From positions 1,919 through 65,918 of the forward strand of contig JAVVEH010000024.1 in NCBI GenBank assembly GCA_032251435.1: DNA of 64,000 nt. Direction: 5' to 3'. Position 1 is the stretch's first letter, and each line of letters begins with the position of its first letter. The DNA comes from Lentisphaeria bacterium (GTDB lineage: Bacteria > Verrucomicrobiota > Lentisphaeria > Oligosphaerales > MVZH01). Positions 49,417-58,900 of this stretch are shown in pieces. The notes under the pieces are model-generated. The model was given only the letters and a program-made list of their open reading frames with translations. It was not told the origin of the DNA and made no database searches. Made by a program: the position numbers and the translations under genes.

Positions 49417-50817
49417 ATGGATACAGCCACGACTCAAGACAAAGCCCGCCAAAAGCCGAAAAAAAGCGCCCGCCCGGAGTGGATCGCGGTCAAGTCCTTC
49501 GCTCTGGCCATTCTGGTCGGAACATTTCTATTGGCGCTTCCCGTGTCGAGCCGGGAGGGTGTCTGGACCGCTCCGGTTGACGCGTTATTCACCGCCACCA
49601 GCGCCACCTGTGTGACAGGGTTGATCGTGGTCGACACCGGGAGCTATTTCTCAGGGTTTGGTCAAAGTGTCATCCTGGCGCTCATTCAGGTCGGCGGACT
49701 GGGCATCATGACGCTGGGCACGTTTCTGTTGGTCGCCGTCGGGCGGCGGGTCAGCATTTCCCACGAGAAGGTTGTCTTGGGCGCCATTGGTACCGTTCCT
49801 GTCCGAGGCCTGAAATCGATTTTGCTATTGACCATTTTATTCACCGTCGTGTCCCAACTGATCGGCGCGGCCATTCTGACGACACGCTTCATGGCGCGGG
49901 GATTCGGCCAGCTTCGCAGTGTTGAACTAGGTGTTTTTCATTCAATCAGCGCGTTTTGCAACGCCGGCTTTTCACTGTTCGCCGACAGCCTCATCGGGGT
50001 GCGCCAGGATCCGGCGTTGGTGTTGACGGTCTCCTGTCTGATCGTGCTTGGCGGGCTCGGTTTCCTGGTCGTGCACAACATCGCCTTTCTACGCCCGTGG
50101 CGGCGCAACCGCGTCAAACGCGGCCGTCTCGCTCTGCACAGCAAGCTGGTGCTGACGGCGACCGGATTGCTTATCGTCAGCGGCTGGCTTCTTTTCGCCT
50201 TGCTGGAGTGGCACGGAACATTGGAGGGACTGCCTCTGTCCGACAAGCTGACCGCGGCGCTGTTTCACTCTATCACGCCGCGGACAGCCGGTTTCAACGT
50301 GGTGGACATGGCTGAGGTTTCCCCGTCCGGGCAGTTTTTGACGATGGTTTTTATGTTTATCGGTGGCGGCTCGGGCTCAACGGCGGGGGGGATTAAAGTC
50401 ACGACAGTCATGGTTCTCTGGCTGACGGTTGTGGCCATGGTCAAAGGCCGCGGCGAGACCGTCGTTGGCAATCGGGCGGTGCCAATCCGTGTGGTTCGGG
50501 AAGCGGTGTCGATTTTCGTGCTGGGGGCTCTCTGTGTGATCTTGTTATTCGGCGCCTTGTTGGTTGTCGAGCAGTATAACCTGCTGCTGAAACCGGGGGT
50601 CACCGCGTTTGATCTTTTGTTCGAACTGGTGTCGGCGTTTGGCACGGTCGGTCTGTCCACGGGCGTGACCGCGGATCTGTCTCCCGCTGGCAAGCTGTTG
50701 ATCACAGTCTGCATGTTCATTGGCCGACTTGGGCCGATGACCTTGGCTCTCGTCATCGGCCACAGAGAACTGGGTCAGTCAATCGCCTATCCGGAAGAGG
50801 AACTATTTGTGGGCTAG
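49417..50817 (+). CDS. ktrB: Ktr/Trk potassium uptake membrane subunit
   Basis: SATCVTGL, SAFCNAGF, PRTAGF, STAGGIK, SAFGTVGLS, MFIGRLGP. Confidence 0.9.
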   Translation: MDTATTQDKARQKPKKSARPEWIAVKSFALAILVGTFLLALPVSSREGVWTAPVDALFTATSATCVTGLIVVDTGSYFSGFGQSVILALIQVGGLGIMTLGTFLLVAVGRRVSISHEKVVLGAIGTVPVRGLKSILLLTILFTVVSQLIGAAILTTRFMARGFGQLRSVELGVFHSISAFCNAGFSLFADSLIGVRQDPALVLTVSCLIVLGGLGFLVVHNIAFLRPWRRNRVKRGRLALHSKLVLTATGLLIVSGWLLFALLEWHGTLEGLPLSDKLTAALFHSITPRTAGFNVVDMAEVSPSGQFLTMVFMFIGGGSGSTAGGIKVTTVMVLWLTVVAMVKGRGETVVGNRAVPIRVVREAVSIFVLGALCVILLFGALLVVEQYNLLLKPGVTAFDLLFELVSAFGTVGLSTGVTADLSPAGKLLITVCMFIGRLGPMTLALVIGHRELGQSIAYPEEELFVG

Positions 50818-50903
50818 CCTGATTAACGCACGCGGCATGAATCATTCAGGCTAAAGATCATCGTGAATGGATTGTGAAACGGAATGGATGAAAGGTGAGT
50901 GTT

Positions 50904-51581
50904 ATGAGACGCATCGGCATTATTGGGGGCGGGCGGTTTGGCACAGCGTTGGCGGAAAGTCTGACCAGTCAAGGGATTGAGGTCGTCCTTTTGGATGAAA
51001 AACGACAGGCGGTGGAGCTGTTGGCGCCCACTGTCGCCAAAGCGATCATTGGCGATGCCACCAGTGTCGAGGCGCTGGTCGAGGCGGGCATGAAGGACTG
51101 CGACGCCGTGGTTGTGACCATTTCCGAAAACATGGAGGCCAGTATTCTGGCCACGATGGCGCTGAAGGAAATCGGTATTCCCTATGTCGTGGCCCGCGCC
51201 TTTTCGGAGATGCACGGCCGGGTGCTGGAAAAGGTGGGAGCCGACCGCATCGTCTATCCGGCGCGCGATATGGCGCTGCGGCTGGCCAAGTCGCTGGTCG
51301 CCTCATCGGTGCACGATTACGTCGAAGTGGCTGAAGGAATCAGCGTGCTTGAGGTTCCCGCTCCGAAACACTGGTACGGGAAGTCGCTGATTGAAACCGG
51401 CATAAGAACCCGCTTTGGTGTCATGGTGCTGGCCATCAAGCGCTGGAATGGCGAGAACAATGACCGGAAATCCCTCATCGCGCCGGCCGGCGATGACACC
51501 ATCAAGGAAAGGGACACACTTGTGGTTTTCGGCGCTGACACGAAACTTCAGACGTTCGAAAAAGATATCATCCCTGAATAA
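50904..51581 (+). CDS. ktrA: Ktr/Trk potassium uptake RCK subunit
   Basis: IIGGGRFG, GDATS, HGRVLEKVGAD, TrkA-C domain. Confidence 0.9.
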   Translation: MRRIGIIGGGRFGTALAESLTSQGIEVVLLDEKRQAVELLAPTVAKAIIGDATSVEALVEAGMKDCDAVVVTISENMEASILATMALKEIGIPYVVARAFSEMHGRVLEKVGADRIVYPARDMALRLAKSLVASSVHDYVEVAEGISVLEVPAPKHWYGKSLIETGIRTRFGVMVLAIKRWNGENNDRKSLIAPAGDDTIKERDTLVVFGADTKLQTFEKDIIPE

Positions 51582-51630
51582 TCATCGAATCAACGATGAT
51601 TCACCGCCGGAGCCGTCCGACCGCATGACG

Positions 51631-51659
51631 CGGATGGCTTTGGGGACAACGGCGCTCCA
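51631..51659. repeat. REP-like dispersed repeat (inverted copy of 16591-16619)
   Basis: 26/29 identity to 16591-16619; at the left border of the GC-rich Cus cluster. Confidence 0.72.
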
Positions 51660-51898
51660 CTGGACCGCCCGTGACCGGATCGTCGAGAAAATCGGAGGCC
51701 GGTTCCTTCGCCGCGGGAAACAGTGTCCTCCCCCGGCGGGGAACTTTCCCAAGGGATTGTTGTCGAAACCAATCAAGTGAGTCTCGCGATCCGTTTTATT
51801 GTTACGACCGTGTAGACGGTTCGCGCGAGCCTGCGGATACCGCTGGTGAGACCGTTAATGGATTCGCCAACGCGCGAAGTGACCGGTGAAAAACAAGG

Positions 51899-53251
51899 AT
51901 GTTCAGAATGGCTGAAACCCGACATGGACAGTTTGTCCGGCGCTCGGGAGTGATCGCGGTTTTTATGGCCTTAGTTGTTTTCGCGAACACCGCCGGGGGG
52001 GCGGAACACGGTTCCGGTCCGACTGATTTCCCGCCGACACTGGATCAGAGCGCCTCACTTGAGGACTATCTCGCCTACGCCGCGCTGAATAATCCCGGGC
52101 TGCGCGCCGCCCACGACCGCTGGCGGGCCGCCATGGAAAAGATTCCCCAGGCGAAGTCCCTGCCGGATCCCAGGCTGTCGTACAGTTATTACGTGCGGGA
52201 GGTGGAGACGCGCGTCGGGCCGCAAAGGCAGAGTGTCGCCCTGTCCCAGACCTTCCCGTGGTTCGGCACATTGCGGCTCAAGGGCGACTCGGCCGCCATC
52301 CTGGCGGAGGCGGCCTGGCTGGATTTTCAGACGCGGAGGCTGGAACTCGCCTACCGGATCAGCGGGCTGTACCACGACCTCTACTACTTGAAGGAAACTA
52401 TTGATGCCACCCAGGGCAGCTTTGATCTGCTCAAGAGCATCGAGGCGGCGGCCCGGGAGCGCTACCGAACAGGTGAAACGCTGACCGCCGTGATGCAGGC
52501 TCAGGTGGAGCTTGGCAAACTCGAAGACCGCCTCCGCTCTCTGCGCGAACTCAGGCCGCCCATGGCCGCCAGGCTGAACGCGGCGCTGAACCGCGAGCTC
52601 GATGCCGATTTGCCGTGGCCGTCGGCGCCACCGGAAGACCTGCCGGCGCTGGACGCGGAAGCGATTCTCGCCCGGACCCGTGAAGAAAACCCGGGTTTGG
52701 CCAAGCTGGCGGCGCTGGCGGAGAAGGAGCGGCTGGCGGCGGAACTGGCCCGCAAGAACGGCTACCCGGATATCACCCTGGGCGTGAGCTACATCGACAC
52801 CCGTGAAGCCGACATGGCGACCTCCGACAACGGCAAGGATCCGATCATGGCGACGGTCTCGGTCAATCTGCCGATCTGGCGCGGCAAGTACCGAGCCGAA
52901 CGACGGGAGGCCATGCTGCGGCAAGGCGCGCTGCTGGAAGAGAAAAAAGACTTGGCGAACGAACGCGTCGTGGACACGAAACTGGCTCTCTACCATTACC
53001 AGGACGCGGGGCGCAAGCTCGCTCTCTACCGGGATACGCTGTTGCCCAAAGCTGAACAGTCTCTCGGGGTGGCCCGGCAGGCCTTTCAGGTAGGCAAGAC
53101 CGAGTTCCTGAATGTAATCGACGCGCAGCGTATGCTGTTGGATCTTCAGCTCGCGGCGGCCGCGGCGCGGGCCGAACGGGGGCGGCGCTTTGCCGAGATA
53201 CAGATGCTGACCGGCGCCGGGTCGCTCCGACAGGCACCACAAGCCGAGTAG
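51899..53251 (+). CDS. TolC-family outer membrane efflux protein (CusC-like)
   Basis: NNPGL, LPDP, SQTFPWFG, YPDITLG, NLPIWR, FLNVIDA; first gene of the efflux cluster. Confidence 0.88.
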   Translation: MFRMAETRHGQFVRRSGVIAVFMALVVFANTAGGAEHGSGPTDFPPTLDQSASLEDYLAYAALNNPGLRAAHDRWRAAMEKIPQAKSLPDPRLSYSYYVREVETRVGPQRQSVALSQTFPWFGTLRLKGDSAAILAEAAWLDFQTRRLELAYRISGLYHDLYYLKETIDATQGSFDLLKSIEAAARERYRTGETLTAVMQAQVELGKLEDRLRSLRELRPPMAARLNAALNRELDADLPWPSAPPEDLPALDAEAILARTREENPGLAKLAALAEKERLAAELARKNGYPDITLGVSYIDTREADMATSDNGKDPIMATVSVNLPIWRGKYRAERREAMLRQGALLEEKKDLANERVVDTKLALYHYQDAGRKLALYRDTLLPKAEQSLGVARQAFQVGKTEFLNVIDAQRMLLDLQLAAAAARAERGRRFAEIQMLTGAGSLRQAPQAE

Positions 53252-53297
53252 AAAACGATCCCCTTCAAAACGGGGCGCAAAACAAGGAAACCAGATA

Positions 53298-53786
53298 ATG
53301 AACATTAAGATCATCGCGACGTTCGCGGCCGTGGCCGCCCTTGCCATGGGCATCCGCCTGGTGGCTGCCGAACCGGAACATGACGACGGCCGCGGGACGG
53401 CGACCGCCGAAAAGACGCTTGTCCTCCAGACGACCTGCCCGGTCATGGCCGGAAAGATAAATAAAAAGCTGTACGTCGACCACGATGGCCAGCGCATCTA
53501 CGTCTGCTGCCAGGGCTGCATCGCTCCGCTGCGGAAGGATTTCGCCAAGTACGCGAAGAAGATCGAAGCAGCCGGTGAGACAGTGGCTAAGCTCCAGACA
53601 ACCTGCCCGGTCATGGGTGGCAAGATCAATAAAAAGCTGTACGTCGACCACGATGGCCAGCGCGTCTACGTCTGCTGCCAGGGCTGCATCGACACCGTGC
53701 GCAAAGATCCGGCGAAGTATATCGAAAAACTCGCCGGGAAAGGCGAAGTGCCCGTCGCGGCGCCGCAAGCTGTAGAGGACCGGTAG
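53298..53786 (+). CDS. Exported protein with two YHS/TRASH-like metal-binding repeats
   Basis: Signal peptide; QTTCPVM...YVCCQGC twice; DNA repeat 53424-53523 / 53592-53691. Confidence 0.85.
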   Translation: MNIKIIATFAAVAALAMGIRLVAAEPEHDDGRGTATAEKTLVLQTTCPVMAGKINKKLYVDHDGQRIYVCCQGCIAPLRKDFAKYAKKIEAAGETVAKLQTTCPVMGGKINKKLYVDHDGQRVYVCCQGCIDTVRKDPAKYIEKLAGKGEVPVAAPQAVEDR

Positions 53787-53808
53787 GACGCTTCAGCCAC
53801 CGCTCGAA

Positions 53809-53885
53809 TTTGAACTGCGGATGAGTACGGATAAGCACGGATTTGGTCTTTATCCGCGTTCATCCGCGTTCATCTGCGGTTCAAA
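53809..53885. repeat. Long imperfect inverted repeat built of 10-bp units
   Basis: Arms 53809-53842 and 53852-53885 (26/34 matching, all differences transitions), 9-nt spacer; related units at 41759-41788. Confidence 0.8.
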
Positions 53886-53927
53886 AAGGCTTTTCGGACG
53901 TCGGCCCGACAAATTGGAGAATCAAGA

Positions 53928-55901
53928 ATGAACAGCATGACGAAGGCTATGGCATACAAAATCCTGGGACCGGCCGGGGTGGCCGTTCTGATCGGAGTGG
54001 CCGCGTTCATCGCCGGGTTCCGGATACGCGGCGGCAGTGAGGAGACGGCACCGGCGCATGGCCATGATCCGCCGGCGGAGGCGGCGGCGACAGCGGATGT
54101 CTGGACCTGCTCGATGCATCCACAGATCAAGTTGCCCAAACCTGGCAATTGCCCGATCTGCTTCATGGATTTGATCCCGCTCGCGGCGGACGAGGCGGAC
54201 GACGAGGGGCCGCGCGAACTGTTGGTCAGCGAGGCCGCCAAGGCGCTGATGGTGATCGAGACGGCGCCGGTCGAGCGCCGCTTTGTCACCGCCGAGGTGC
54301 GCATGGTCGGCAAGGTCGACTACGATGAAACGCGGGTCTCCAACATCACCGCCTGGGTGCCGGGGCGCCTCGACCGCCTGTTTGTCGACTACACCGGAGT
54401 TCCAGTCAAAAAGGGCGACCACATGGTCACCCTCTACAGCCCCGAGCTGCTTGGCGCGCAGGAAGAATTGCTCCAGGCCATCAAGGCGGCGGACCAGCTT
54501 GAAGACAGCCCGCCTGGCATCGTCCGCGAAACCGCCCGGGGCACGGTCGAGGCCGCCCGCGATAAGCTGCGGCTATGGGGACTGACCGCGGAGCAGATTG
54601 AAACCCTCGAGCGGCGCAAGTCGACCGAGGATCATGTGACCATCTACGCGCCGTCCGGCGGCATTGTCATTGACAAGAACGCCCGGGAAGGCATGTATGT
54701 GAACACCGGGACGCGCATCTACACGATCGCCGACCTGTCGCGCGTCTGGGTTAACCTGGCGGCCTACGAATCCGACCTGCGGTGGCTGAAATACGGGCAG
54801 AAGGTTCAGTTCGCCGCCGAGTCGTACCCCGGCGAACTCTTCACCGGCACAATCTCGTTCATCCATCCGGTGCTCGACGAAGCGACGCGCACTGTCAAGG
54901 TGCGGGTGAACGTCCCCAATGAAAGCGGGCGGCTGAAGCCGGGCATGTTTGTGCGGGCCGTGGCGGAGGCGAAGGTGGGTGCCGGCGGGCGGATCATGGA
55001 TGCCGCCCTGGCCGGCAAGTGGATCAGCCCGATGCATCCGGAGATTGTCAAGGACGAGCCCGGGCCGTGCGATGTCTGCGGCATGCCTCTAGTCCGCGCC
55101 GAAAGCCTTGGCTATGTCGGCGCCGAGCCGAATGCCGGGGATTTGCCTTTGGTGATCCCGGCGACGGCGCCTTTGCTGACCGGCAGGCGGGCGGTCGTCT
55201 ATGTGGAGCTGGCGGGCCGGGACAAACCCACCTACGAGGGGCGCGAGATCGTGCTCGGGCCGCGGGCCGGCGGGCACTATCTTGTGGAGCACGGCCTGAG
55301 TGAGGGCGAGCGGGTTGTGACGCATGGCGCGTTCAAGCTTGATGCCGAACTCCAGATTCGCGCCAGGCCGAGCATGATGAATCCCGAGGGCGGCGGTTCC
55401 GGCGGCACCCACGCCCATCATGGCGGTCCGCCGGCGCAATCCGCCCCGGCACTCGATCCCGAATTCAAAAAACAGCTCGGGACGGTGATCGACGGCTATC
55501 TGGAAATCCAGGTCGCCCTGGCGAACAGCGACGCGCGCGGAGCGAAGGCGGGCGCGGTCAAGGCGCTCGCGGCGCTCGCCGGGGTGGACATGGGACTGCT
55601 CCAGGGCGACGACCACAACGACTGGATCAAGCATGCCGACGCGCTGGAGAAACTTCTGAACGCGCTTGCCGCGGCGGCAGGCATCGAGCCGGTCCGTGCG
55701 CAGTTCGCCCTGCTTTCCGATCAGGTCGCGGTCGTCCTGATCCGTTTCGGATCGCCCGGAAAGCCGCTCTACAGAGCCTCCTGCCCGATGGCCTTCGACA
55801 ACCGCGGCGCGTCTTGGGTGCAGGCGGGCGACGAGGTGAACAATCCCTATTTCGGCGATGTGATGCTGCGTTGCGGGGAGATCGAGGAGGTGCTCAAGTG
55901 A
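53928..55901 (+). CDS. cusB: CusB-type efflux membrane fusion protein with heavy-metal-binding domains and DUF3347-like C-terminus
   Basis: WTCSMHPQI..PGNCPICFMDL, YSPELL.AQEE, ADLSRVW, TRTVKVR, LKPGMF, MHPEI..CDVCGM, CPMAF...NPYFG..MLRCG. Confidence 0.88.
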   Translation: MNSMTKAMAYKILGPAGVAVLIGVAAFIAGFRIRGGSEETAPAHGHDPPAEAAATADVWTCSMHPQIKLPKPGNCPICFMDLIPLAADEADDEGPRELLVSEAAKALMVIETAPVERRFVTAEVRMVGKVDYDETRVSNITAWVPGRLDRLFVDYTGVPVKKGDHMVTLYSPELLGAQEELLQAIKAADQLEDSPPGIVRETARGTVEAARDKLRLWGLTAEQIETLERRKSTEDHVTIYAPSGGIVIDKNAREGMYVNTGTRIYTIADLSRVWVNLAAYESDLRWLKYGQKVQFAAESYPGELFTGTISFIHPVLDEATRTVKVRVNVPNESGRLKPGMFVRAVAEAKVGAGGRIMDAALAGKWISPMHPEIVKDEPGPCDVCGMPLVRAESLGYVGAEPNAGDLPLVIPATAPLLTGRRAVVYVELAGRDKPTYEGREIVLGPRAGGHYLVEHGLSEGERVVTHGAFKLDAELQIRARPSMMNPEGGGSGGTHAHHGGPPAQSAPALDPEFKKQLGTVIDGYLEIQVALANSDARGAKAGAVKALAALAGVDMGLLQGDDHNDWIKHADALEKLLNALAAAAGIEPVRAQFALLSDQVAVVLIRFGSPGKPLYRASCPMAFDNRGASWVQAGDEVNNPYFGDVMLRCGEIEEVLK

Positions 55902-58900
55902 GCGGAGCCGATCCCCGACAGACACCACCTGATCCGCAAACCCCCGAACAGCGGTCTCTGGTCGGCAGGCTGACCCGTTTCTGCCTGGAAAACCGGCTTG
56001 TCGTCGGGCTGTTCACGGCCGCCATCATCTTTGCCGGTATTCTGGCCGCGCCGTTCGACTGGCGGGCGGGCGGGCTGCAACGCTATCCCGTCGCCGTCGA
56101 CGCTATCCCTGACATCGGCGAAAACCAGCAGATCGTCTTCACCCAATGGATGGGACGCTCGCCGCAGGATGTGGAAGACCAGATCGGCTACCGGCTGACC
56201 GTTTCGCTCCTGGGCATCCCCGGGGTCAAGACCATCCGCAGCTACTCGATGTTCGGATTCTCGACCGTCTATGTCATCTTCAAGGAGGATGTCGAGTTCT
56301 ACTGGTCGCGGACGCGCGTCCTCGAGAAGCTCAACAGCCTGCCGCCCGGCACCTTGCCCGAAGGCGTGCAGCCGACGCTGGGGCCGGACGCGACCGCGCT
56401 GGGGCAGATCTACTGGTACACGCTGGAAGGGCGCGATCCGGACGGCAAGCCCGCCGGCGGTTGGGGGCCGGAGGAGCTGCGGACCATCCAGGACTGGTAT
56501 GCCCGCTACTGGCTGCTCGCCGCCGACGGCGTGGCCGAAGTCGGCTCCATCGGCGGGTACGTCAAGGAATACCAGATCGATGTCGATCCCGACGCCATGC
56601 GGGCCTATGGCGTGACCTTGGACCAGGTCTTCCAGGCGGTCAAGGCCGCCAACATCGACGTGGGCGCCAACACGCTGGAAATCAACCGGACCGAATATTT
56701 CATCCGCGGGGTCGGCTTCATCAAGACGCTGGAGGACATCCGCGACAGCGTCATCGCGGTCGGAGCGGACAACGTGCCGGTGCTCGTCAGGCAGGTTGGC
56801 ACTGTCGCCCTGGGGCCGGAAGCCCGCCGCGGCGCGTTGGACAAAGGCGGCGCGGCGGTCGTCGGCGGGGTGGTGGTGGCGCGCTATGGCGAGAATCCGC
56901 TGGCGGTCATCAACAACGTCAAAGAAAAGATCGCGGAGACCCGGGAATCCCTGCCGGCCAAGGTTCTGATTGACGATGAAGCGGCATCCCGGGAAGCTGT
57001 TGAAGCCTATGCCGATGCGAACGGATTCGCCGCGTACGCGGGAGCGGAGTTGAACAACGACACCTGGCTGGCGCATCTGCGCTCCCGGCCGCGCGCCGAC
57101 TGGCCGTCGTGGGCGACAATCAGCAAAGTCACGGTCGCCCCCTTCTACGACCGGACCGGCCTGATCTATGAAACCCTGGGCACCCTGAACGACGCCATCG
57201 CACAGCAGATTCTGGTCACGATCATCGTCGTGCTGGTGATGGTGCTGCATCTGCGCAGCGGCGTGCTGATCAGCGGCATGCTGCCGCTGACCGTTCTGCT
57301 GTGCTTTGTCGGTATGAAACTCTTCGGCGTGCAGGCCAACATCGTCGCCCTGTCTGGCATCGCCATCGCCATCGGCACCATTGTCGACATGGGGATCGTT
57401 GTCTGCGAGAACATCCTGCGCCATCTGGATCAGCGGGAAGCGGGGAGCGGGGAGGGGGGAAGCGCCGCGACCGAAGCCGCCCAGTCGACACTGGAAACTG
57501 TCCACCGCGCCGTGAGCGAAGTGGGCGGCGCCGTGCTGACGGCGGTGCTGACCACGATTGTGAGTTTTCTGCCGGTGTTCGCCATGATCGGAGCGGAGGG
57601 AAAGCTGTTCAAGCCGCTGGCCTACACCAAGACCTTTGCCCTGGTCGCCTCGATTATCATCGCGCTGACCGTGCTGCCCCCGGCCGCGCACCTGCTGTTC
57701 TGCGGCAAGATAACGGGACGGAAGCTGAAAACCGCGCTGAACGGCGGTCTGGTCATCGCCGGCGTGGCGGTCGCCTTGACTCTGGCGTGGTGGGCGGGGC
57801 TGATCCTGGCTCTGTTCGGCATCTACCACCTGACCGGGGGGCGGGTCCCGGAGCGGTTCAGGCGCCACGCCCCTCTCGCGGCCAGCGTGCTGGTCATCCT
57901 TGCCGTCGGCGTGCTGCTGACCACCTATTGGGAGCCCCTCGGCCCCGAACGCGGGTTCCCGCGCAACCTGGTCTTTGTCGCGGTCATCATTGGCGGTCTG
58001 CTCGGGTTCTTCGCGCTCTTTCAGATGATTTACGCGCGTCTGCTGCGCTGGTGTCTGCGCCACAAGGCGGCCTTTCTCTCCATCCCCGCCGCCCTGCTGC
58101 TCCTGGGCGGTATGGTGTGGCTGGGTGTCCCGACGATGTTCGGTTGGCTGCCGGCAACCGTGATGAAGAGCCGTCCCGTCCAATACCTGGCGCACGCCTT
58201 TCCGGGCTTGGGAAAGGAGTTCATGCCGCCGTTGGACGAGGGATCCTTTCTGTGGATGCCGACGACCATGGCCCATGCCTCGATCGGCGAGGTGTTGGAC
58301 ATCCTGGAGAAGCAGGACATGGCCTTCGCGGCGATTCCGGAGATTGAATCGGCGGTCGGCAAGCTGGGGCGGGCGGAGACCCCGCTCGACCCCGCCCCGA
58401 TCTCGATGATCGAGACGGTGATCAACTACAAACCGGAATATCTAACCGACAAGGATGGGCGGCGGATCAACTTCAAGTACGACAGGCGGACCGGTGCCTT
58501 CGCCCGCGACGCGGATGGCGAACTGATTCCCGACCGGAATGGCAGACCCTTCCGGCAGTGGCGCGACCATATCCGGACACCGGACGATATCTGGGACGAG
58601 ATTGTCAAGGCCGCGAAGATGCCCGGCACAACCTCGGCCCCGAAACTCCAGCCGATCGCCGCCCGCATCGTGATGCTGCAAAGCGGCATGCGCGCCCCCA
58701 TGGGGGTCAAAGTGAAAGGGGCCGATTTGGAAACGATTGAAAAGGTGGGAATGCGGATTGAGCGGTTCCTCAAAGAAGTCCCCTCGGTCGAACCTGCCGC
58801 AGTGATCGCCGACCGCATCGTCGGCAAGCCCTACCTAGAAATTCATCCCGACCGACGCGCCTTGGCCCGTTACGGCATCCCCATCCGCCAGTTTCAGGAT

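Noticed and set aside
53424..53691. DGR template/variable repeat pair
   Set aside because: Both copies are in frame in one protein, differences are mostly synonymous, and there is no reverse transcriptase in the window.
55847..58276. 809-aa antisense ORF (also 52055-53497 and many shorter ones)
   Set aside because: Shadow ORFs opposite clear GC-rich genes, with no recognisable motifs.
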